The notes: generated by a model not told the origin, from the sequence alone. Shown: positions 1 to 13,620, counted from the first letter of the stretch. The stretch: 64,000 nucleotides of DNA from Balamuthia mandrillaris (GCA_031835245.2 JAVKOQ020000007.1:1-64000), one strand, 5' to 3'. Translations and numbers: made by a program.

Positions 1-219
1 AACGAGAACAAAGAAATGAGTTCCAAAGGGTGCGTTACTTTCTGCTTACGAGCCGTTTTGTGGCGCTTTCAAGCCGGTCACAAAGTTTCCTGTACTAACG
101 AAATAATAAAGAAGAGAGCGCGTTTTAGACCAAGAGAGTTCTGTTCGTAGTGCCACACCAACAAACTCAAGGCGGGGGAGGGGGTACCGTACCTTCTCCG
201 CTTCGCCATCGCCGTCCAT
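1..219 (-). CDS. Probable 5' exons of a gene running off the left edge, product unknown
   Basis: ATG at 219 (MDGDGEAEKVR). A GT..AG intron then gives an open RKLCDRLESATKRLVSR followed by a GTAAC donor. Divergent from the LRR gene; no family recognised. Confidence 0.3.
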
Positions 220-361
220 TCCTTCTTTTTTGTGTTTCTTGTGGTTCGGAATAGCAAACATTCCCAACATTCCAAAAATTCATGACGTTCCGATCATTCA
301 TTTCATTCTTAAAATACCAACAAAAGTAACGCATAAAAAAAAAAGAAAACAGTTCTATAAA

Positions 362-1081
362 ATGGCAAAGCTGGAAGCACACCTCGAAAGAATAGCGCAA
401 GCCGCGCTCAAAGCCAACAGCACAGACACCCCCTCTGAACAGCCGCAAGAAGGGAGCTCCGAGGTCGACGACGTGCGATGGTGGGAGGTGGACCTGCTTG
501 GCTGGGAGATCGGCGCCGAGGGAGCGCAGCTCTTGTGCGACTGGTTGTTATCGCGTGGAGGCGGCGGTGCCTATGTCGAACAACTCTATCTCAACCGAAA
601 CAAACTGGGGGAGAATGGAGGGGTCCGTTGGATCGCCCAAGCCATAGAACGCCACCCAAACCTCAAAACGGTTGTCCTCAACTCCAACGCCTTGGGCGAC
701 GACGGCGCAGAGCTCATCATCGATGCTCTCATTCGTCGTCTCAACGGAACAGAAGGAAAAGAAGTGGTCCCGTTGGAAGGGTTAGGTCTTTGCGATAACG
801 GCATCACTGAGGAGGGAGCGGTTCGTTTGGCGGAACGTCTTTGCTCGGAGGTTGTTTGCTGGAAAAAGGGAGAGGGTGAGCTCACGCTCTCTTTGAACCA
901 CAATCCAATCGGCGAGAAGGGAGCAAAGGCATTGCAGCGGCTTTTGAAGAAGACGATGTTGGAGAGTGGTGGAGAAGCGAGTGGCACTCCTCCTGTTCGC
1001 GTGTATCTGGGTCATGATGACCCAAAGTTGGTAGGCTTGCTCGACCGCCAGAGTGGGGCTTTGCTTCTTCCTGCCTCCTAA
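362..1081 (+). CDS. Ribonuclease-inhibitor-like leucine-rich-repeat protein (single exon, ~239 aa)
   Basis: Repeated LxLxxNxI/LGxxG units (LYLNRNKLGENG, VVLNSNALGDDGA, LGLCDNGITEEGA, LSLNHNPIGEKGA). First ATG at 362. Confidence 0.8.
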   Translation: MAKLEAHLERIAQAALKANSTDTPSEQPQEGSSEVDDVRWWEVDLLGWEIGAEGAQLLCDWLLSRGGGGAYVEQLYLNRNKLGENGGVRWIAQAIERHPNLKTVVLNSNALGDDGAELIIDALIRRLNGTEGKEVVPLEGLGLCDNGITEEGAVRLAERLCSEVVCWKKGEGELTLSLNHNPIGEKGAKALQRLLKKTMLESGGEASGTPPVRVYLGHDDPKLVGLLDRQSGALLLPAS

Positions 1082-1276
1082 GTGTACTGTCTGTGTTCTC
1101 TGTCTTCTTTGTTCTTTATGCTTTCTTCTTTCTCTCTTTCTTCTATCGTTCTCCCATTGCCTCCTTTGCGGAAGTCACTGTAGATATTAAAAAAAATATA
1201 TATATACACGCAAAAACGAAGGAGATGGAGTTGTCTGTATAGTACTGTATCTTTTTGGCTGTTCGCTGTTACATCA

Positions 1277-1885
1277 TCAAAAATCCGGTCTTCTCTTGGC
1301 GCTATCTCCAAGAAAGCGATTCAAGTTTCGAACGGCCCTAACCCAATCTACGATCTCGTCGCTGCGGTTGACAGTGAGAATGGGATAGGGAGATGCTTCC
1401 ACCTCCACCCAATCTCCTTTCTTCACTGTCTCTCTTCGTTGTCCATCAAACCATGGTATCGCATCCTCTCTGCTCGTTGGTGATAACTGATGAGAGAGAG
1501 AGAGAGAGAGAGCAGGGTGTAAGAAGGAGAATGAAAAAAGTGAAAAACAGAAAGCAAATAAAAAAAAAAGAGGAAGACAAAGAAGAGTACTTTAAGTTTG
1601 ATGGTGCAATGATCAGGCAAGATAAAAGGTTTGAAGTGAAAGCTGCGAGTGCTGATCGGAGTAATGAGAATGCTATGAATGGAAGGATGGACCATGCTCC
1701 CTCCGCATGATAACGAGTACGCTAATGGATTACAAATAATACAACGTGAAAAAAACTCACAAAATGAATGGTGGGAAGTTCAGAAGAATAAAATTTGACC
1801 CACCTGTACTTCCAGTTGATGTTGCTGCCATCACCCTTTAAAATCTTTGTTATAAATAAAGCGAATAAAGAAGAGAAGAGAAAAG

Positions 1886-1923
<38 letters not shown>

Positions 1924-3594
1924 ACAAACCCATCTCCCTGAAATAAACGAAAACGGTTAGTAGTGGTCGTCAAAATGAGAAAGGAGAAAAACATAAGAGG
2001 GAAATCACGAACACTACAAGTGGCCAGGAACTTGTTGTTGACATAACACTCGATGACCGTCAAACGAGCAGCGTTACCCTGCAGCACCACATCGTTCATT
2101 GCATGAAAAGCTAAAATTTAACAAAGGAGTTTGTTTTAGACTAATATATAAAGAATAAATAAGACCAAAAGCAGAAAGCAGGATGAAGCAAAGAAGAATG
2201 AAAATAAAGAAAGCAAAACGAAACGGGGAACAGATAGGAGAAGAATGAAGAAAGAAGGAAAGTAGAAAAACGTTACTGGCAATTCTGGTAGGTGTTGTTT
2301 GTTCGTTTTCTAATGTTGAGGTGTTTGTGCTTTTGGCATTGCTGTTGGTTTGTTCACTAGTGTGTACATGACAAGCTAGGCGCATGCGATGGGCTAATGA
2401 GAAGCCTCCTTTCATTACTGCTTGTATCACTTCTTTGTAGTCATCAATTCCTTTTGTTGTGGTCGGCCAATAAGAAAAAGGTTTTAAGAAAATAAAAGTG
2501 AATGGAAGGCAGAAGAAAGAAAGGAATACTAACGAAATGGTAGTAGAAAGCCAAGAGTGCCCATTGAAAATGACAGTACTGGTGGCACCTCAGTTTGGAA
2601 CAAAGAAGAGGTATGGAGGATGGTGCCATCGCCTCCCAGCGTTACCACAAAGTCCACAACCCGAGATAGTTGCTCTGCTTGACCTTTTCGAACGATAAAT
2701 GTTAGAATAGAGAAGAGACAAGAGGAAAATAAGAGAGAGCAGAGGACGAGCGAACTACAGAGACAGAGAGAGAGAGAGAGAGAGCCGAAGAAAAGAGAAG
2801 AACGAAGTAGCAACTAGGGTCATAAGTAGGCCAGTGAGGCAGTTCTTTGGTAGTCACTGGCTCCACCAACGCTCTGCAGCCAAACTCCTTCGTCATCCAT
2901 CTAACCAGAGCACCACAAAGAAAGAAAGCACCGACAAGAACACAAAGAAACGACAAGAACGAAGTAAAGAAAAAGAAACGACACCAAGCAAGAAACGACA
3001 AGAAAGAAAGAGAGAGTAAGCACGAAGGAACACAAAAAAAAAAAGGTCAGTTTGAGGAAGAGGAACACAAATAAAGAAGAATAGATGGGGCAGGAGAGGA
3101 GGAACACGAAACTGAGCCACACGATCCAACGCTTTGGTGGCCTCCGCGCTGTGCTGTTTCTTGACAAAGAGCACGGTGCGTGGCGGGCCGTCCGTCCAGT
3201 CCAGCCGAAGCCTTCCGCTTTGAACGTGTCTCCCAATCGCCGTACTGTTGACCTTGTCCACCTCTTTTTTTTTAAAGAAAAGATAAGATGAACAGAAAGA
3301 AAGACACTACAAGAAGAAGAAAAAAAAAACAAAACCGTTGCGTTGGCGCAGGTGAAAAGGAACTTTCTCTGGCAGAGAATCAAGGCAAACCACTTGGGCA
3401 TTGGCGGGAGGAGCCTCCCAAGGGGTGCTGGCCGAGGAGGAGTACGCAGAAGAAGTGGCACCACCACGCAACCGCCAAGACGAATGTATCAAACACGTAG
3501 CGTCTTTTCTCCGCAGCAACCAAGGAGGCTGACAACAACCGACCAAAGTCTTGCGACGCAAGCAAGCTCCTCCTCTTTGATCTTTCCCTCTCAT
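1277..3594 (-). CDS. NAD(H) kinase, multi-exon, with N-terminal extension (possibly mitochondrial)
   Basis: Motifs in successive exons: VVTLGGDGTIL, SFSMGTLGFL, MNDVVL, GDG..ATSTGST, YSLSAGGSMVHP, ITPI. Stop at 1277 after ...DWVRAVRNLNRFLGDSAKRRPDF. Confidence 0.9.
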
Positions 3595-3708
3595 CTCTTT
3601 CTTCGTTTTTGCTTTTCCCTCTCTGTCGTGACGTCACGATAATGACCTGAGGGGGAAGATCAGCTGCACAAAAGCAGCACAAAAGCAGCACCAATTGGTC
3701 AGCACGAC

Positions 3709-3912
3709 GAAGAAGAAGAAGAAGAAGAAGAAGAAGAACAAGAAGAAGAAGAAGAAGAAGAAGAAGAAGAAGAAGAAGAAGAAGAACAAGAAGAAGAACA
3801 AGAAGAAGAAGAAGAAGAACAAGAAGAAGAAGAAGAAGAAGAAGAACAAGAACAAGAACAAGAAGATAAGACAACAACATAAGACAACAACAAGAAAAAG
3901 AAGAAGAAGAAA
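3709..3912. repeat. (AAG/AAC)n microsatellite between the MiaB stop and the NAD kinase start
   Basis: Visible trinucleotide tract. It generates the spurious poly-K/F/L/S ORFs. Confidence 0.9.
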
Positions 3913-3956
3913 AAGAAGAGCAAAAGGGGAAGAATAAATAAAAGTTGCTTGTATTC

Positions 3957-4956
3957 TTACCGCCGTCCAACTGTATTGTTAGAAGCAGCAAAGTGAGAAA
4001 GAGTGGTTCTGGCGAGAGGAACGCCACGCAGGCTGATGGCCGTGCAAGACTCCACCTCCACAACAACATAATCTCCTACGTTGAGTTTCACCATGCCATT
4101 GGAGTGCTGTTGTAATGGAGGGTGATAAACGGAAGAGACGGGCACGTCTGGAATGATAACTTTCTTGTTGGTGTCCGTTCTGCCGAACAGTTCATGTTCG
4201 GATCGTTTGCTTTTCTGAAAGAACGAAGCAATCAGAAAAACCATGGCACAGAAGTTGAAGAAGGAGACAGAGGGAAGAGAAGAGAGAAAAGAGATAAACA
4301 CATGAGCAAGCAGAGAGAGATAGGACAAACCCCTTCAACAAGAACCAAGTGCCTTTTGCCAACCTCTTGGGTGTTCTTTTCAGCAGCAATGCCATAGAAC
4401 AAGTCTACAATTTCTTTCAGTCTCCGCTGCTTCACTTCAGGAGGAACATCATCTCTGTTCACATAATCGTTGTTCCATAAGTTTTACAGGAAATAGAAAA
4501 GGATGAGAGAGAGTCATAGCGTACTGCATCTTACGGTGAGCGTGTGTCTTTTCTCGCATCGAATAGGCAAACATGAATGCGTGATCGTACTTGATTTCTT
4601 TTATTAGCGACAGTGTTTGTTGGTGTTCTTCCTCTGTCTCACCACAAAATCCGGCAATGAAGTCTGATGAGAGCGATACTCCTATGTTCAAAACAAATTT
4701 AACTATTATGAAGCAGCCAAGAAATACGATCACTGGGCAGCAAATGGAAAATAAATACCTGGTATGATTTCTCTGATACGTTCGATGAGAGCAAGATAGG
4801 ATTCTCTGGAGTAGTTCCTTCTCATTCGCTTTAACAAGGACGTGCTTCCGCTTTGAGCAGGAATGTGAATGGCGTTGCAAAGGTTGGGTCTATCTCTTAT
4901 CAAATACAGCAGCTACATTTTTGTTGGTTAATGCATTAGTTTCGTCCAAAAGGAGG

Positions 4957-5001
<45 letters not shown>

Positions 5002-6610
5002 GTCAGGAAAATCTTTTGGATGGGGACTCGTAAATCGGATACGCATTTCAGGGTCCACTCGGGATACTCTATCCATCAACTCCACGAACCGCACACCCCA
5101 CTCCTTTCTCTTATACAGCTCTGAGAAGCCCCTACTCAAACGTTGCGGTGATGATCCTTCGATTTCCTCCTCTTCGTCCGGATCTTCTCCGTAATCTTCG
5201 CCATCAATGGAAGCGGAAATGCTGTCCCTCGAATCGGCATGATATTGATAAGAGGATGGACCCAAAGACAGATCGTTGTAGGAGTTCACGTTTTGCCCCA
5301 ACAGAACAACCTCTTTGACGCCCTCCGCGGACAACTGTCTTACTTCCTCGACAATAGAGTCGACAGGTCTGCTTCGTTCACGTCCTCTTGTGAAAGGTAC
5401 TATGCAGTAAGAACACATGTTGTTGCAACCTCTCATAATGGACCTGAATATTTTAAAAAAACATTACAAAGAAGACAAAAGACAAGATGAGAACAAGAAA
5501 CGCCAAACAAAACGATCAAAGAGGCACTTACAGATAAGCCGAAACTTGGTTGGCAGAAGATCGTACTGGCCTATACAATTAAGAAGCGATTGTAGTTAAT
5601 ATCATTCTCTCTTCCGCTATGTTTCTTTCTGCTCTCTCTCTCTCCTTTCTCTCATCAAACGCACGTGATGTCAGCATAAGTCTCATCAATGGAGAGTTGC
5701 ACATTCATAGCGTGCTGTCCGCCCTCCACCTCCATCAACAAGGAAGGAAGGGAGCGGTAGGCATCTGGCCCTACCACCAGGTCCACCAACCGATCCGACT
5801 CCAACAGCCGCGTCTTCAAACGCTCCGCCATGCAGCCCAACACTCCCACCACTCTTTTCTGTCTTTTGTTCTGTCTCTTTAAACTGTTTGTATTTCATTT
5901 GTGAGAAGGAAATAGAGAGAGAGAGATAAGAGCAGAGAGAGAGAGACCTTTTCAAATAGTTGAGACGATCCCAAACTTTTTGTTCAGCTTTATCACGAAT
6001 GGCGCAAGTGTTGACAAAGATCACATCCGCCTTAAACGAAAGAACAGTGGCTGTATGTGAGTACGAAGCAAGAAAGCAAGAAGAGAACGAGCAAAACAAA
6101 AAATAAAACCTCTTCGACAGAGTCGGCACGGCCAAAGCCAGCGCCTTGCATGATCGACAGCACAATCTCGGTGTCGGACATGTTCATCTGACAACCATAC
6201 GTCTCCACAAAGACCGAGCGCCCCTCGCCTATGCTTTTCCTCGCGTTGGCATCCAGAGAGGGAACGGATGAGGGCAACCAGGGCTCCTCTCCCTCTGCCT
6301 CCGTGGCTGTGTCATGCCCGCTCCCGCTCTGCAAAAAGTCTTTGAGAGAAGGGCCGCTCTTCACTCTCTCAGAAAAAGAAGAGAGACGAGAAGCAGCGGC
6401 AGCAGAAGAGGTCGAAGCGAAGCAGAGGTTGTTGAAGAAAGTAGCGGATCCTCCTCTCAGCAGAGGAGGAATGGGTGCAACGACGGTCCCGCGAGAGAGC
6501 ATCCGAGGGGCACCGAGGTTCAGCAACGCGGTGGCGGTGGTGGCGGCGGAGGAGGAGGCGGTCTTCCCGCCGGAGGAGAAAGAGTGGCGGAGGTTCGTCG
6601 TCCTCTTCAT
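3957..6610 (-). CDS. CDK5RAP1: tRNA-2-methylthio-N6-isopentenyladenosine synthase (MiaB/CDK5RAP1), radical SAM, multi-exon
   Basis: [56 protein letters not shown] (CxxxCxxC), [26 protein letters not shown], and a C-terminal TRAM-like segment. The N-terminus is Ser/Arg/Ala-rich like a transit peptide. Confidence 0.95.
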
Positions 6611-6890
6611 TTCTTCTTTCTATTTCTTTTTCTTTTTTGTGATAAATTCTTGGTATGCGCATTCTTGACATTCTTGGCTCGTTTGCGCACCACTTGTGCA
6701 CCTCAGAAGACCATTTTGGTGAAAAAAAGAACGGAAATATAAAAAATGGTTCCGGCGAGTGTTGATCTCGCGACCTTGAGCGTGTTAGGCTCACGTGCTA
6801 CCGTTGCACCACGGAACCGGTTGAAGGAAAACTCCACTTATTTTGGGTTGTCGGTCAAACGTAGCTCAAGTTATTAACAAAAAATGCCTC

Positions 6891-7004
6891 CCAAGGAACA
6901 GCTCGAGACGGAATGAGCAAGGAAGATTTTCGGCAACTACTAAACTCAGCGAAGGCAAGCAAACAAATCTTTCCACGCTCATTCCGTCTCGAGCTGTTCC
7001 TTGG
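6891..7004. repeat. Perfect 28-bp inverted repeat (hairpin) in a divergent intergenic region
   Basis: CCAAGGAACAGCTCGAGACGGAATGAGC (6891-6918) is the exact reverse complement of 6977-7004. Confidence 0.9.
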
Positions 7005-7128
7005 AAAAAAGGGCAGCAAAAGAGGTCCCTGCTGCTGTTCAGGAACAACAAAAGTAGCAGAGTGGTTTGTTGCCACAAAACTTAGCCAATGCAAAGTTGG
7101 GTGGTTGGGCAGAAGAGGCCTTTGCGCT

Positions 7129-9750
7129 ATGGCGGCCTGCCACCTCTCCTCTTCTGTGCTATTGCTCCTTTGTTTGCTCTGCTGCTACGCGCTGCTTTGT
7201 GAGGGCAACAGCTCCCAAGAGAGAACGGCCACGACGGAGAAAACCCCACGGCTCAACCAGGCGCTGCACGTTCTGCCAGAGGTTCGGGTGAAAGAAGAAG
7301 GGAAGGTTACGCTTGGAGAAGAAGAAGAAGAAGATGACAGTCTATTCGACGTCTCGATCGTCATTCCAACCAGTGGCGCGCGCAAGTGGACGCTTCATCG
7401 CTGCTTGAACAGCCTTTTGTCCCATCTTCCATTGGCCGCTCCCTTGCAAGGCGTGTCCTTTGGTCTTCCTTCCTCCTCACCAGCACGGCCCCACGGTGAA
7501 GGAAAGAGGGTCAGCTGGGAAGTCATCCTTGTGCCAACCATTCACAACGAAGCAGAGCAGGAGGAGGAAGAGGGACAACAACAACAACGAGAAGGGCTTT
7601 CTATCACGCCTCACTTGGTCCGAGACAGCTCCCGAAGAAGAAACATTCTCTCTGCGCTGCGCGACAACGAGTTCACCTCTGCCTCGTTCATAGGAGAGAA
7701 ACAGAGAGCAAAGGACCGACTGCCACCCTTTCAAACTTTTTACTATGTCCCAAAGGGTAACCACTTTACGGAAGAGGGAGGAAAACCAGCCACAACCAAG
7801 GAGCCATGGCTCTCTGCCACGTTGCAAAAGATCCTCTCTGCACCGCCAACGACAAAGCAAGCGGAGACAATGGAACAGCTCTCGGGCGTCGTTCCAAAGG
7901 AAGCCCTCCTGCTGCGAATGTATAACGGGAAGCCGGCCAGCAACAGCAGTCATGCCCTCAACTTAGGCGCCCTGCTGGCCAGAGGGAGGTACCTGCTCTT
8001 TCTCGAGGAGAACATGGCTGTTGCCAACAAGCGATACGGAGCTGATCCGTTGCGAAGCATGTTGGCTGCTTTTCATTCATCGACTTCATCTTCGCTGACA
8101 CACATGAAAGAGGAAGGAGGAGAGAAGGGTGTTGCGGTTGGAGCGGTTGGTATAGTAGGAAGCAAAGTGATTTATGCAGAGAGTGACGATGGTGCAATAT
8201 ATCATGCTGGCATCGACTTTATGCTCTCTCCTCATCCAAAGGATAAGACCAAGAATGACGACAACTTATGGCAGACTTGGAATCATGATAGCGAAGGTAA
8301 AGAGAACCAGGACAACGTTCCCATGCCTTATCATCGCTTGCAAGGATACAGCGCTCATGACGGAAGAGTGGCGAGGAAAATGAGTGTATTGGCTGTGAGT
8401 AAGGCTGGGATGATGCTTCCAAGACAGCTCTTTTACTCCTTAAACGGCTTTGCTCTACAACACTTTGGAGAACAGTACATGGATGTTGATCTTTGTCTTC
8501 GACTTCGCGCCAAGCTTTATCAACGCTCCAACGACATTTCTGTCTCGATGCAGTTTCCTCCATCATCCTTCGTGCTTCCTGCTCCGGCATACCCTTCTGA
8601 ACTTCCTTTAGCGGTTGTGTACGAACCAAACGCTCTTTTTCTCTATCACGAAGAAGGAGAAGAAGTGAACAACAGAAGAGCAGCTATTGCAGAGGAAGGT
8701 CCCGAGGCGGTAGCTTTTGCGAAGCTTTGGAGCGAGAGCGAACAAACGAACGAGCAAGAAAAATCGGTCATCACACAGCTCTGGCAAAGCGAGATATATG
8801 ACAACTATGCAATAAGAGGCACCTCTCTTTATTGGAACGCAGAGTGTGGCGCTGGAGAAGTCATGGGATTCACTACGGAGGCTATTCACTTTATGCTAGC
8901 TTTGGAAAAGTACCTTCAGTCTTTCTATCCTCTCACGCTCTTGCCCCTGTTTCTCAATTTGTGCCTCTCATCTCCACCTCGGTGCTGACGTATTGCTTTT
9001 GGTTGGTATTAGAATGATTCCGCTTCACTATGAAACGTCCAACTTCGACTCTTGCAAAAATGACTTAGTCAGGTTAGGCTTTCCCGTTGCCACTCAAGTC
9101 ATTCTGTCGCGTTTGGAGCGCAAGAGCACAATGAGCTCAGATGAAGCCACAAACGACAAGTTTCTTGTTCTGCATAGGTACTTAACTTTCCTTCTCCTTT
9201 CTCTCTCGCGCTCTCGTCCTTCTTTGTCTCACTCGCAAATAAACAAGGGATCCAGGACGGTACCACATAAGCATTTCTACTGGACGTCTGCAAAAACCAG
9301 ACTACATTATTGGCCGCAGCATGTTCGAGACCAACAACATTCCTTCTTCGTGGCGCGACCCCGCTAACAACATTGTCAACGAGATTTGGGTGCCCTCCAC
9401 GTTCAATCTTCAAACCTTTGCTTCTGGTGGCGTTCATCCCGAGAAGCTTCATCAGATGCCAGAACCAGTGGACACCTTTCTGTTTGATCCTCTTTCAGTG
9501 GTGTCCTCTTTGAAGGCGAAGGAAGAGGACGGCTTTATTCTTCCTGTTACTGCTGGTGATGATCGCCCAGAGTTCAGGTTCTTTTCGATGTTCAAGTGGG
9601 AAACTAGGAAGGGATGGAAGACTTTGTTTGAGGCCTACTTAGAGGAGTTTGAGCGGGAAAAGAATGTGGCTCTCTACATCTTGACTCGCATGAAGTCACA
9701 CCATAAGGAGCAGTACGCTCGGTTCTTGGATGAGTTCATGATAAACGTAC

Positions 9751-9790
<40 letters not shown>

Positions 9791-10650
9791 TTGGTTTTTA
9801 TTCTAGTATTCTTCATCATTATTCTTTTATTTGAGGTCCCTTTGTTTTTCCTCCTCTTTTTTCTTTCTTTCTTTGTTGTAGTTTCTTTCTTCGTCTTCTC
9901 ATCAACGCTTTACAAAAAAACAGCACAGAAAAGATGATCTCTCCCAATCGCCAAAGATTGTAATCCTGTCAGAAATGATACCAACAACAAAGTTGCCCTC
10001 AGTCTTTGCCACTATGGATTGTTTCGTGTTGGCCACTCACGGTGAGGGATGGGGCCTGCCTCTCATTGAATCCATGGCTATGGAATTACCTGTCATCGCC
10101 ACCAACTGGAGCGGTATTCTCGTCTAATCCCCCCCCCTCCCCCGACTCTGTGCTTATCTGTTCTGTGCTTCCCTTCTCTAAAGGCAACACGGAGTTCATG
10201 ACAGAGCAGAACTCCTATTTGATCTCTGTGGAGGAGTTGGTGCCACAAGGCCAACCAGACAACGAGGGCCATCTTTGGGCTCTTCCCTCCAAACAAAGCC
10301 TAAAACAGCACATGCGACACGTCTTTTCTTTGTACTCGTCTTCCTTGCTACCACAAGAATCCAAGCTTCTGCAAGCAAACCAGAAGAGGAAGCGAGCGAG
10401 GAGCGACGTGCTCAACAACTATTCTTTGGAGAAAGTAGGTCAACAGGTGATAGAGAGGCTTCGAGCCATCAAATCCGATGAAGCACGGTTCGAGGAGGTG
10501 AAGCGAGCAAACGAGGAGCGGCGGAGAGAGGCATCCTCACCGAACACAGCAAACAACTGGAACATTTGGAATGGGTGGAACAATAATGACGATGCGGCGT
10601 TGACGCCCTTGGATGAGGGATGGCGGAGGATCAAGATCAACAGCGGCTAA
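7129..10650 (+). CDS. Secretory-pathway glycosyltransferase with GT2-like (GT-A) and GT4-like (GT-B) domains, multi-exon
   Basis: Hydrophobic N-terminus (MAACHLSSSVLLLLCLLCC). GT2-like motifs: VSIVIPT, LNLGALLARGRYLLFLEE, DVDLCLR. GT4-like motifs: FKWETRKGW, DCFVLATHGEGWGLPLIESMAMELPVIATNWSG. Confidence 0.85.
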
Positions 10651-11082
10651 AGCTATTTATGTGTGTGAAATGCTATTTATTTATTTGGTTGTTACTCTCT
10701 TCCTATTCATTCAGAGCAACGCGGTTGGTCCATAGAGAAGAGAGCGGAAGAAAGATAGGAGAGAGGAGAGAAGATAGGTAACGCTGAACAATTACTGCAC
10801 AAGCTGAGCTGTTACGTTGGACAGGTGCACAAAAGGTGAAATAATCGTGCACAACATGTACAGCCCTCGGGAATTTTATCAATTTTTTTTGGCCCCAAAA
10901 GAAAGAAAAAAATCGAGAGAAGGAAGAGGGAAGCAGAGAGGGATTTTATTTTTTTTGGGGGTTGTTGTTCCAGCCTTCTTCATCCAAAATCCTTCTTTGC
11001 CATTGAACCACTGATATATTTAGCCGGTCAGCAAGGAGACGTTGTTGAAAGATCTTTTTTTAAAAAAACCACACAACCAAGC

Positions 11083-11333
11083 ATGTTGCGAACACTCGTT
11101 AGACAAAAGGCCCGCTTCGACAGCGGCTCTGCTACTTTTGCGCTTCTTCGGCGTTCCTCCTCTGCCCCTCTCTCCAACAACGCTCGCCTTTACGCGAGCG
11201 CTTCCTCCTCTGGTATTTCATTTTTCTTTTTTTTTTCAATCGGCTACTTTTTTTCCCTTTGATTTTATTCTCGTGAAACGGTCTAAACTTTTGCTTGTTC
11301 TTCACTCTTCTCTCTTTCCTTGTTTCTCTTGTT

Positions 11334-11368
<35 letters not shown>

Positions 11369-12476
11369 GTGCAGAAAAGTACAAGACCTCGCAGGCAAAG
11401 GGCGAGGAGGGAAAGCTTCCGCTGGTGGAGGACAAAACAGTGCGGGACATTGTCGAGGGTGCTGCGGAGCGTTTGGAACACAGGGACGCCTTCATTGCGG
11501 AGCACCAGTACAACACCAAGCTCACCTTCTTGAAGCTGAACGAGAATGTGGACAACTATGCCAATGGATTCGGAACCATCAGAACGCACAGGAAGTTGGG
11601 AGACTGCGTTGGTCTTATGCTTCCCGACGACACTGAAACGGTATATTCTGTCTCTCCTCCTCTTTCTTTATTCTTATAACTCTTCTCGTTCTTTCTGCTT
11701 CTCTCTCTCTCTCTCGCTTTTCTGTTTGCCTCAATTGTTTATAGCCATGACACCTAATAACAAACTGTAACAGTTCCTTCTCCAATTGGCCACTGGAAAA
11801 GCAGGCGTTCGTGTGGCGTGCATGGACCCTCTTGCCTCCCAAGAGGCAATCGAGTACGTTCGAGCTAAAACCCTTCTCTTAATTTTCAAACAAAAGGTTT
11901 TCCCGTTCTAATGCGATCGGATGAACACAGACACACTATCAAGTCGCTGAAGCCTAAAGCAGTAATCGTGCCTCAAAAGGTGCGCGGCAGAGATAACATA
12001 GACTTCTTTACCTCCAAAATCGTTCCCGAGCTAGCAGATTGTAAGTGCGAGTTGTTATTGTTATTATTCTTCCTTTTCTCCTGGTGCTAACCGCATGTGT
12101 TGTTGTTGTTGTTTGTTTGTTTGTTTGTTTTTTTTTTTGAAAACCCGATCGGAACCAATGTATGCGATGATCCACCATAGGGCCTGTTTATGAGGTTCCC
12201 TTCAAATCTAAAAAGTTTCCTAGTCTTCGTTTTCTCCTGCAGAATGGGTCAGACAGAGAAGCTGGTTCCTCTTTTCTCTTCCTTCTTCTCCATTTCCTCT
12301 CTTAGTCTGACTTTTTTTCTCCAAAAATAAATAAATAGGATTCATTATGTTGAGGGATATGATGTGGGTGGATGCTACTCCAAGCCAGTTGCCCAATCCT
12401 GGCGTAGTAAAACCGGACGAGACCTTCATCTCGTTCCACACTAAACACTCCATTCCTCGCGTTCGTATTTCTACTT

Positions 12477-12513
<37 letters not shown>

Positions 12514-13570
12514 ACTTTTTCTTCTTTTTCTTTTTTTCTTTTTCTTTTCTTGTCCTCCCTTACTCATTAATTCCATCTTTTATTTTATTTTATTTTTTGT
12601 GATGCTTTCTTTAACAGGCGGCAGCATTTAGTCATCGTAGCGTTATCAATTCGGCTGCCCAGTTTGGAAGCGTGTTGGGACTCACCATTGATGACCGCGT
12701 ATGCTTTGCTTCTCCATTGCAATCAGCTCTTGGATTCTCCACGGGTAACGACTATCTTCGCTTTTTTCTTATCTTTTGCTTTTCTCATTTCCGATTCCGC
12801 TTCTATTCTCTAAGGTACATTGGCTTGCTTGACAAGAGGCTCTGTGGTGGTTCTCTCGGACCACGTGTTCACGCCAGAGCGCGTGCTGAAGACCATCGAG
12901 AGGGACTCCTGCACTTGGCTTCATTGCACTGCCCCGCAACTGCAAGCCATCCTCCAAAACCCCTTGCTTTCCAAGGTTAAACTGAACACCTTGAAGAAGA
13001 TCGTTGTTGGTATGTTTCTTGTTCATTCTCGTCATCGTCAGTTTGTCTTATGAAGCTCTGATTGTCTATAATCCTTTTCTTTCTCTTTTTCTTTGCTTTG
13101 TCGTTTTTCTTTCTCTATTGCCATCTCTTTCTTCTTTTCATTTTCTCACTATTCCTTTTCCTGCAGTGAATGATCCACAATTTGGAGGACTCAACACAGA
13201 GAAAGTATCGCAGCTAGCAGAGGAGGCCCTTGCCTCCCTCAAACTGGAGGACGTCGTGATTGCTCACGGCACGACGGAGGCCGGTGGTGCCTTCCTTCAC
13301 AGAAGCGTCAAGGACGGCATGTCTTCCGCCTCTGCTGGCAAGCTGTTGCCTCATGTTGAGGTGTGTACTCCTCTCATTTTTTCTTGCTGCTTTCCTTCCT
13401 CCCATTCTCTGATTGTTCTTCTCAATATTTTTTCTTGCTGACAACAACAAAAAAAAAAGGCTAAAGTGGTGGATAACAAAGGCACAATCGTAAAGCCAGG
13501 CGTTAGCGGCAAGCTTTACGTGAAAGGGTAATTCCTCCTTAGCTGTCTCGCTCTGTTTCACTCTGTCTTG

Positions 13571-13620
<50 letters not shown>

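Noticed and set aside
3380..4069. Poly-L/F/K/S ORFs here and at 32811-33950, 39640-40304 and 45790-46341
   Set aside because: They are translations of AAG/CTT or TCTTCC microsatellites in introns or intergenic DNA.
6913..7128. N-terminal 72 aa of the 691-aa ORF
   Set aside because: It runs through the hairpin. The signal-peptide-like sequence starts at ATG 7129, the likelier start.
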